Positions 41,523 to 64,000 of a stretch of DNA of 64,000 bases are shown here, in pieces. A model generated the notes under the pieces. The model made no database searches. It was not told the origin of the DNA and saw only the letters and a program-made list of their open reading frames with translations. The first letter of the stretch is position 1; every line of letters starts with the position of its first letter. A program made the position numbers and the translations under genes. The stretch is taken from the NCBI RefSeq assembly GCF_009914755.1, contig NC_060929.1; one strand, given 5' to 3'. Source of the DNA: the human T2T-CHM13v2.0 reference genome, Homo sapiens.

Positions 41523-41829
41523 CACCACCACCCAGAAAAGTAGACAACCAGATTATGTGAGAGTTCTACTCATATAATCAATAGAATCATGTTTCATCTG
41601 TCTCCATGCTTTGTAATTCAACAGATGATGAAAAAAATACACTACATGTCTCTGCAGTCAGTGTTGTTAGAGAAGAGCGTACAATGCAATTGCTCTTACT
41701 GTTAGTATGTCACATCTACTGAGATACACAATACATGGCATAGATAACTTCTCAAGTAAATGAAAATGGATGTCAAATAAGGCCGAAATTGAAATTTTAT
41801 TGCAATTTCAGCTGAGGTTTCACTGACTT

Positions 41830-43475
<1,646 letters not shown>

Positions 43476-43597
43476 GAAATATCTCATATTTTCTAAGACA
43501 AAATTTCCAACAAGGGATCAGGAGTTACTACTAAAATAATAGCAATTAGTTAAAACATATTTAGATTGTAAACCAACTGAGCTTGCTAACATAGTCA

Positions 43598-43717
<120 letters not shown>

Positions 43718-44588
43718 CTAAAAGCAAGCACAAACACTTTAGCTCTTCTGGCAACATCAGAACACAGAAGTTAATTTACACCTGAACATCTTTACTCATA
43801 TGTGCTCCGATAAGAGCTCTTAATCTGACTCCATTTTTAGATTTCTTCATGATCTACGTGGTTAACAAAATTACCTCAATAACATTTGGTGCAAATGAAA
43901 ATCTAAGACCTCTCCTAACTTGGAGGAATACTGTTCAACTTTAGGAGTCAGAAAAGCAGCAACAGCATTTCTGGGATTGGCATTCTGCTTTCTATCTGGA
44001 AATATTCCAATAGCCTCTTGTTACCTTCTCTGTTCGTATCAACAAGTTCAAATGGGAAAGGACTGTACGTGTTGGGCGAAGATTTTTCAATTTTCAACCC
44101 ATGTATGGTTTCAAGGATGCAGAAGAGCAGAAACTGTACACAAAATTGAATGTCTGCACACAGCTCTAATATTCTACGGCCATAGCTTTCATCAGATGCT
44201 CAAAGGAAACTATGAGCTAAAAAGGTTAAAATAGTACATGACCCTTCTTTCTTTTTTTCTCAGTTTTCAAATGACACGAAGCCTGACAAGATCCTTTAAC
44301 TATGTAATGCTCTTTCTACAGCTCCAGGATGCTTTCCTTGCTTTTAACCATAAGTGTAATCTGCACCGTGTGTATTTCACTTCCTAACACCCAATCATCC
44401 ATAACCATAAGAGAACATCAATAACTCAGAAAGCAGTAATACTCCAAGCAATTTATATGTGGTACTAGCATACACCAAATAATTTATATGTAGTACTATA
44501 TGTTTTTCTGGGGAACAAACTTTCTAATGTGTAGTTTAGACATAAATAGATGGAGTACATAAAAACTAAGTGATCAAAAAGGTGATTA

Positions 44589-44762
44589 GGAATAGAAGAA
44601 TAATTATCTTGAACAAATACAAAGGTCCAGCTATAAAGTAGATAATCCACAAAAAGACACAGAATTGGGAACCAGGAGAAACTCAGACCCACAAAATGAA
44701 GCTTATCATGCAGAAGACAGCCCAAGAATCCTAGACAATTATTTGATTCATTCAACAAATAT
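44589..44762 (+). repeat. Copy 1 of a ~175-bp dispersed direct repeat
   Basis: ggaatagaagaataattatctt...ttatttgattcattcaacaaata; matches 46295-46465. Confidence 0.93.
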
Positions 44763-44867
44763 TTACAGAGCATCTAATTTACGGCAGGCAGACTTTCTGC
44801 GCTTATGTATTCATAGGAATAAAATTAATAAACCAACAACTCTCTCCCTTTCCTCTTCCACACCCAC

Positions 44868-44941
44868 CTTATCGATAATGCTGTTAATAATGAGAGGATT
44901 TTTCAAAATGTGCTGCCCAATCCCCGTGTTGAACATGAGTC
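44868..44941 (-). CDS. DIMT1: DIMT1 exon 2
   Basis: tacag|GA, AAG|gtgggt; LMFNTGIGQHILKNPLIINSIIDK (KsgA-family GQHIL motif). Confidence 0.97.
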
Positions 44942-45029
44942 CTGTAAGAAAATACGAAACAGCATTAATTTTCCTACTGAGATTAGATATTAGGCAGTCC
45001 CAGAGAAGAAAGCTGCATGGGTATGGGGA

Positions 45030-45660
45030 AGATTTCTGCGCCAACCAGGGCCACGAAACGTCACGCCAGGACTGACAAACTCTTTATAAGTTCATCCTCC
45101 AGCTGGAAAGGAAGTCAGCGGCGACGCGCAGGGCCTGCGGCCGAGTCGGGGACCCACCCCTGCCTTCCGCGCTCACGGGAGCGCGTCCTGACCGGCCTCT
45201 GCCGATCAGGTCTTGGTCTGCACCCCAGGCTAGGTCCTGCCGGAAGACCTGACCCGACCGACCCCAGCTTCCTCGCGGGGATCCGCACCTCCAGCGCTCT
45301 TCAGCTCCCGGCGCTGCTCCTGCCGCCCGCGGCGGCGGCCGATGGCCCCCGACTTGACCTTCGGCATCTCGGCAGAAAGCGGGCCCACAGGCCCGGGACG
45401 TCAAGGAGGACCAAAGAGGGCTAGCGTGAGAAAGCCACCACGTGGGGATCGCCGCCACGCGCCGCCCGCACCACTCTGGCCCAAGCGCCGGAGGGGCAAG
45501 GGTCCGCCCCCTCCCGTACGCTCTGAGCTCCTCCTCCAGAAAAAGGGCGGACCTTGGAGCCCACTGACTGCCGGGAATTGGAGTCACAGAGGGAGGAAGG
45601 CCGAACCGCGGGAGCCTACAGATCCCAGAAGACACCGCGCTACCGAGGACTGCAGTCTGG
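45030..45660 (-). promoter_or_regulatory. DIMT1 CpG-island promoter
   Basis: GC/CpG-rich; E-box CCACGTGG 45438-45445; GC boxes at 45504-45510 and 45545-45550; no TATA box seen. Confidence 0.85.
45289..45367 (-). CDS. DIMT1: DIMT1 exon 1 coding part
   Basis: ATG at 45367-45365, G|gtgcgg donor; MPKVKSGAIGRRRGRQEQRRELKSAG; the 12 exons sum to 942 nt = 313 aa + stop. Confidence 0.97.
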
Positions 45661-45994
45661 AGTTGGAGCCCTTGTCCCAACCAGGGCTGGATAAGAAGGT
45701 GTTGGTGTGGTGCTCTCGGTGTTGCGAAGGCTGTTTAAGTTATATGATGAGGTTAAGCCTATGGATGTTTTAGTAGCCTAGGTTCTGGGATCGCTGAGGT
45801 CCAAAGAAGTATTCACGTGCCTCGCTCCTGTTTTCCTGAAGCTTGTGGGGGTGGGAAACCCGGGATTTGGGGATGAGCTTGCTCTTTTGTGGGAATGCAT
45901 TTTTTGCTGCTTGCCCTGGGGAAAAGAACTGCGAGAATGGAATTAACGTCTGGTTTCGCTAGGGCTACTGGTTGCTTCTACTAAGAATAGAAGA

Positions 45995-46465
<471 letters not shown>

Positions 46466-47002
46466 ATTCAACAAATTCCTTTTGTGCCTCATCATTCACT
46501 CCGTAAACATTTATTGAGCTCCAACTGTGTATCAAACACTGCTAGGGATTCTAAGTAAGAAACTTATTTCAAAGTGTATTATATTGACAGAGATGGACAG
46601 AAACTCCAAAACGCTGTAAATACGATAACGTATTGGTCGTTGTGACAGGACAGTGTACCTGACTATAAACTCCGTGTGTACCAGGGCCATAATATCCACA
46701 TCTGTTTTGCCAGCCAGTGTAATGGCTCTTTTAAATTTTTCTGTGTGTATTCTGTTTGGTTGAAGAAATAGCTTCTTCCTGTCATTACTAAAGCTAACTC
46801 TCTTTTGAGCAATTCATTGTGTACATTCCCAAACCTTGGTCTTAGGCCCTTCTTTCTTTGATGTAGTTCTAAGTCAGAAAAAAAATCTCGTATACCCTAG
46901 TAGCATCTTCAAGTATATGTTTCATTTCATCAATCATTGTTATTCCACAATTCTAAAGAGTACACTGTGCTAGGCACTTCCAAATGTTAATAGGATGGAC
47001 AT

Positions 47003-47668
<666 letters not shown>

Positions 47669-48055
47669 TGAGTGCGGAGAAGGTTTGAAGATCCTTTATG
47701 CGCAATGGGAGAGGAAGATTAGAGGGAACTCAAGAAGACATGGCATGTCTTCCAGCTAAATGTGGAGCCCAGTATCTCCAATGTGTACTGCTGTGTAACC
47801 ACAGCCTGGAGACAAGAGCAGAGAAGGCAAAATTGTTCTTTTGATTCATCAATGAATGACCACTATTGCTCCCTAGAATAGCATTGTAGGCCTTTCAAAT
47901 TAAGTTCCTATTTACCTTACTTATTTACTTCCCAACGTTATCAAGTTCCTTTTTCTTCCTTAAACATCTTTATACCTCGGCTTTGTGAGTGCTCTTCCCT
48001 TTGCATTCTCGACCTTCCCCTGGCTAACTTTTGTTTGCTGTTAAAGACACAACTC

Positions 48056-50620
<2,565 letters not shown>

Positions 50621-50819
50621 CTGATTTACATAATCAGTCCTTATGGAAATAATAAACTTGTTTCAAGTTTATTATAAACAAAAATGAATCTAGGAATTAT
50701 GTTAATTTATAAGCATCTAATGAGCTGTATTATAATGTAGAGTTATCCAAGACTCAATTTTATGCAAGTTAAAATAATAAATGAAGGGTAGCAAATTAGA
50801 GAGCCTATAACTTTTGAGC

Positions 50820-51265
50820 ATATATTCTATTGCTGCTTCAGCAAAGTACCACAAACCTAATTAGTGGCTTAAAACAAGATACATTTATTAATTTAGAGTT
50901 CTGGAGGTTAGAAGTCTAAAATTGTTTTCATGTCTGAGTTTCTTCTGGAGGCTGTAGAAGAGAATCAGTTTCCATGACTTTTCCAGCTTCTATAGGCTTT
51001 CTGCATTCCTTGGCTCATGGCCCTGGCATCCCTCTGACATCTATTATACTGGCATATTTTCTTTGTCTTGGACACTCCAGCGTCCCTCTTATAAAGACCC
51101 CTCTGATTACATTGGACCTAGAGGATAATCCAGCATAATCTTCCCATAGTAAGATTATCCTGGATAATTTAATCACATTGGCAAAATCCCTTTTGCTCTG
51201 TAAAGTAACATATTCACAGGTTTTGGGGATTAGGACATGGACATCTTTTATTCTACCTACCAGGA
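50820..51265 (-). mobile_element. MLT1 (C/D-like) MaLR LTR relic
   Basis: agtggcttaaaaca...gttctggagg...gcattccttggctcatggcc...aacatattcacagg...ggacatggacatct. Confidence 0.75.
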
Positions 51266-51360
51266 AACATAGATCTAAATTTGTTTAGAAATGGAGAACC
51301 TTGAGCCTCACCTCAGACTAAATGAATCATGAACTGTATTTTAACAAGATCCCTATGTGA

Positions 51361-53790
<2,430 letters not shown>

Positions 53791-54089
53791 GAGTAAGTTC
53801 TCTTTTTAAGGATAAGAAAATTTAGGTGACTATGCTAGCTTTTAGCAGAGGCAAGCAGAACTGGATTTATGTCCTTTTACATTTTTCCACTCTTGCTATT
53901 ACTCAGGAGTAAGCGCCAAGCAATTTGGGTAACTTAAAAAATAAATATTTGCGGGAGGGAGGGTGGACTGATGGGAGTAAGATTCTTTAAATAACTCTTC
54001 TCTGCTGTGACGGATCCGCTATTGATATCTAGAATATAAAGCGTGAAATGGTTCTGATTGAAGCTTCAATCAACGCAGGAAACAATTGA

Positions 54090-54830
54090 GCTCCCTGGGA
54101 GTCGGAGAAACCAGACCTATGGTTTCCATGGTGACAGATCCGGCTAGTCCGGACTCCTGGCTCTTTATACTGCGCAAGCGCACTGCGCAAGCGCACACAA
54201 CTGATTTGGATACCCCGCGCCTTTTGGTTCAAAGACAAAGCCCCTCCTTCCCCTTCCCGCCGTTCGCCTATCGCCTTCTCTCTCTGCCGGTCGCATGCGC
54301 GCTGGTCTCCTGTGACGTAGTTTTCGCGCGTCCGCGTCGTTTGGAGCTGCGACGCCAAACATGGCGTGTTCCTAGAAGCCGCTTTCGGCATCAGTAGGCG
54401 GCGGCGTGGGGTCTGGCAGCGTGGGGAGAGGGACCAACCGACGCCACTTCGTGTTGGGAAGTGGGAGCGGGAGGGCCGGGCAATTCCCGACCGAACCAAA
54501 CGGTGAGGCCCCGGCCCGAGAGCCACCGAGCGCGCGGGAGTGGAAGGGAGTGGGTTGGGCACCCGAGTCCCGAGAGGCGAGGGAGGAAAGTGGGGCTACC
54601 AGGAGATGAGGGATAACGGTAGCGAGGCAAGGGCGGCCTGCAGACTTGGCTGTTTGCGCAACCTTAGGAACCCGGGGAACTGGGGGCTGGCCGAGGCAGC
54701 CCGGGAGTGGGCAGCATGGTAGTGGAGCAATCAGGGTGCGGGGTGGGAGGGACCGTATGCTAGGCTGAGCAGAGGCGAGTGTACCCATCGTGACCGCGGT
54801 TGCGGACCTGGGTGATGCATTTGCCCTTGG
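54090..54830 (+). promoter_or_regulatory. IPO11 CpG-island promoter
   Basis: CpG-rich; X-box-like GTTTCCATGGTGAC 54122-54135, TGCGCAAGCGCA x2 54171-54195, TGACGT 54313-54318, TTTTCGCGCG 54321-54330, AACATGGCG 54358-54366, GGAAGT 54457-54462. Confidence 0.85.
54340..54502 (+). other. IPO11: IPO11 non-coding first exon (5' end approximate)
   Basis: ACG|gtgagg donor at 54502/54503 within the CpG island; identity inferred from known gene order (KIF2A, DIMT1, IPO11); the main CDS lies beyond the window. Confidence 0.7.
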
Positions 54831-56199
54831 GGGATAGGTGGTGCAAATTTTGAGATAAAGTGGTTATCTCGAGTATAAGACCGTTGTGCATTGTTACTGC
54901 GCACGCGACCTTGTTGCTAATAGCAATAGTGTGATAGCTTTAAACATTAGACCCTTACATGCTTTTAATGAAAAAGTGAAGGTAGTTGTCCGTTTATAGA
55001 GAGGAGCTTCATGGAGAGGTATGGCCGCCAATTCTGAAGCTCAGCGACTCCTGTAGATTTATATTTGGGGGTATTTGTGATTCAGCAAAACTACTTTTGC
55101 TTATTACGTGTGTCATTTTTTCTTTATTATTTTGTGACATGTTGGTGAATGAGAGAAGTACTATCTGAAAGTGATTTGACTAAATAGCAAGGACTGGTAA
55201 ATTACCTACTAGTGCCAAGGTTGCAGTTGACATACCTCCTCCCCTCCATAATTTAAACGAGCTCAGTTGTAGCGCGGTAGTGCCCTTCAGATTTCGGTTA
55301 TTCTTCAGAAGGAAGAATAGTTTGTAGCCATAATGCTTTTCCCCCTCCTGGGATAGGAATTTTCTTCCTCCATTTTCATGTTATTTCAAACTTCTCTGTT
55401 CAGTAGAGGAGCTTCAGATTAAGGGCAGGGTGACTCTTCTATAGGAGACATCCATTGCATGACACATATTACATCTTTCATCACTGAGGAAAATTTCGGT
55501 GAAAGTAGAAACATTTTCCCTTTTGGTTATGATGGGACTGGTATTTTCTCTGTTTCTGCAGTAACCTAGCACAGGGTATAGTAGAAACAATTAATTATAG
55601 TAGTGGCTTGTGGCCATATATTATAGTCTCAGGGTAGGAGGGTGGTCTCCGCCCTAGTTGAACTTCTAAGGCCAAAGAGAATTTTCACCACAAACACATT
55701 TGGCTGTGGTAATGTTAGAGGTTTTAAACAAATATGTAAAGATTATCTGATCATTAATAGAACAATTTTTAGATTTTATGATGTTTGAATATATTTGCAT
55801 TTGGAATCAAACCAGAATGCAGCATGATCCTTGTAGGCATGTGGCTATTAAAATACACTGAAGATTTTTCCAGAAACAAAATTTTTTTTTCTCAGCAATA
55901 AAAATATTCAAATTTTGGGTAAGGTAATGTTTGATTATTTGGATTTTGACCTTTGTGTTATATATTTGTACCTGTGTGTGTGTATGTATGTAACCTCACT
56001 TCTAATTTAGTGTTATTGATGGTAATATTTTTTCCTTTCTTTATCAGCTTCAAATAGGGACTGTTAATTTCAGAGCGTTTAAGGAATGGCAAAACACATT
56101 TAGTGCTGGTGTGAGTCTGTAGTGTGTTTGGTTTGCTGACTATCAGACTTATTACAGATAAGTCCACAGTTATAAGCTTTGTAGAGCTTAAGTTGCATC

Positions 56200-56365
56200 A
56201 GTGTTCTTTACCCTTGCTACTCAAATTGTGGTATATAGCATCACCTGGGAGTTTATTAGAAATGCATGATCTCAGGCTCAATCCAGAGCTGCTGAATCAA
56301 AATCTGCAATTTTAACAAGTTATCTAGATGAAAGGAATGTTCAATAAATCTTGAGATGCACTACT
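56200..56365. mobile_element. MER5A-like relic
   Basis: agcatcacctgggagtttattagaaatgca...ctgaatcaaaatctgcaattttaacaag. Confidence 0.7.
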
Positions 56366-56749
56366 TTGGTTGGTAACAGTTGAAGAACACTGAGGTAATG
56401 CACAAACCGGTATAAAAATTTATAGCATCATTTATTTTAATCTGAGGTGATCTTATGCTGATTATCCAGTCTGATGAAACTGAGGCCCAGAAAGGTAAGT
56501 GCCTTGCATAAGGTCACACATACCTAGATTTATAACCCAGATTCCAACTCATTCCAGTGCTTTTCTTTTGCTGGTTACTGTCAGAGCTTGTTATATTAAA
56601 AACGGACTAAAATTCATGAATGACAATTAGGTGTTCATTCAATAACAAACGTCTATTGGGTACTGTACAGGCAGCCTAACAATCCTGTGTGTCCCTGCTA
56701 ACTGCTCCTGTTTATCATGGTGGCTATTAACCCACCACCTTTCCTCTTT

Positions 56750-60030
<3,281 letters not shown>

Positions 60031-60499
60031 AACACATATCATATAGTTTAAAATGTAAGTGTTTCCAGTACAGTAAGCTATTAACAGTATAGTGCTATGA
60101 ACAGCATTCATATAGTTAATAGCATTATGCAGAAAAATTAAGGATATCGGGAACATAGAGATTCTTGGTTGAGGAGTGAGCCCTTTTAGATTGGCAGTTA
60201 GTGGAGACCTCTTTAAATAGAGGACAACTTGAGCAGAATGGAATGCTGTCAAAGAGCAAGACATGCTTTTATCTAGAGACCAGAGCTTTCCAGCCAGAGG
60301 GAACAAATTGTACAAGGGATAAGATACATTTTATACATATTTCACTAAAGATGTTCACGTATTGTCTCCAAGTCTCTGTTAATATAGATAACTAGGTCAT
60401 GCAGACAACCTAGTCCTTTGTCTCCTTATTCTTATATGCCTGTGCAGGGGTTTCTGTGATTATAGCACCAGGTGTGAAACTGCTGGGTCATAGAAGATA

Positions 60500-62468
<1,969 letters not shown>

Positions 62469-63618
62469 CCTCTGTGTGTCCTGGTCATAGAATACACAAA
62501 ATATATACTCAATTTCATTAGAGACAGCTAGATAGCTCTCCAAAGTTGTATTAATAGATATTCCCAGTAGCAGTGTTTAAGAGTTTCTGTTTCCATGCAT
62601 TCTTGCCAGCATTGAATATTTTTGGACTTTGTAATTTTTGCTAGTCTGATCATAAAGTAGTTTTTCACTGTTTGGATTTTAAATCCCTGATAACCAGTGA
62701 GATAGCATCTCTTCTGATATTAATTAAACATTTAGCTCTTCTTTTCTATATATTTTCTGCTTACACCCTTTGTTCACTTTTCTTATATATTTGTCTTGTT
62801 GATTCACAAGGGTTCCTTGTATATTCTGTATAATACACCTTTGTTTTAGTTATGTATTAATAACATTTCTTCTCTTAATCTTCACCTTGTTAACCTTGTG
62901 TAGGGTATCTTCAATGACTCCATCAATTTCAGTCTTCAGTTCTGATGTAGTATAATTCATTAGGCAGATAGGCTGTGAACTTGATGTATTTTTGTTCTTT
63001 CTCAAGTCTAAAGCTAAAAATTCCCAGTTAATTTCACTTGAGATATTAATGGACAGCACTGAACAAAAGTAAAAGTGTTTAATCTTTCGGGAGTACTGGG
63101 TGGGGACAGGAGACTTACATTTAAAGTTCTAGAAATGTCACTAATGAGCCTGTGACCTTAGAGAAGTCAGTTTATCTCCTTATCTTTTGGCCACAGTGTC
63201 TTGGTCAGTAAAACAAAATACTTAAACTGTGTAGAGAACTGATATGGGTGGCTCCAAGGTGATAGGAAAATTATATTTATTTACTTGTTAACTTATATGG
63301 ACTCACAACTGAGAGAAAAATTATTTTAATGATAAAATGTAGAATAGTGATTAACTGTGGGATTATTACTTGGCATACAGCACATGCATGTTTGAACAAA
63401 TGGGTTTTTATAAATACAATGACAGGCTGAGCTCTTTATAGCAAGAATGAGATTCTTATAAGATACAGCTTTATAGACAGTGATGTCTTCAACCAGTAAA
63501 TGGAAACTACCAATCGAAGATGTCTATATTTGGAGAGAGGACTGATGATCTCTTACACTCAGCAAAAAGTTTTGCCTAACTGCTAGTTATAAATTATAGT
63601 CTGTTAAATTTAATCTAG

Positions 63619-64000
<382 letters not shown>

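Noticed and set aside
44665-45075. 136-aa plus-strand ORF antisense to DIMT1 exon 2
   Set aside because: Non-ATG start, no recognisable homology, explained as a shadow frame
45017-45773. Long overlapping ORFs (135-198 aa) over the DIMT1 CpG island
   Set aside because: Stop-poor GC-rich sequence; the real frame is DIMT1 exon 1 (45367-45289)
54029-54788. 177-aa and 138-aa minus-strand ORFs at the IPO11 promoter
   Set aside because: GC-rich low-complexity translation with non-ATG starts and no recognisable domain

Overview
Human (primate) genomic DNA, recognisable as the KIF2A-DIMT1-IPO11 locus. It contains (1) the last 12 coding exons of the kinesin-13 gene KIF2A (+, 2786-27118), including a 114-nt cassette exon, plus its 3'UTR; (2) the complete 12-exon DIMT1 gene (-, CDS 45367 to 30556, 942 nt = 313 aa, 18S rRNA dimethyladenosine transferase), tail-to-tail with KIF2A; (3) the CpG-island promoter and non-coding first exon of IPO11 (+, ~54.3-54.5 kb), and an alternative coding first exon inside a Tigger3 DNA transposon. 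The rest is Alu-dense, with a full-length fossil HSMAR2 mariner, a THE1 solo LTR, and MLT1, MER, Tigger and MIR relics. Almost all ORFs in the supplied track are Alu or CpG-island artefacts. I see no evidence of a wholly new multi-gene system. The best leads are RNA-processing and structural: the transposon-derived IPO11 exon, an intronic alternative last exon/poly(A) site in DIMT1, the RVKE-duplicating KIF2A cassette with NOVA/RBFOX motifs, convergent KIF2A/DIMT1 3' ends, a ~175-bp direct repeat bracketing the DIMT1 promoter, and an inverted Alu pair sharing private mutations. Exon boundaries were read by hand (GT-AG plus frame continuity). Repeat family names come from recalled consensus sequences, and repeat boundaries are approximate.
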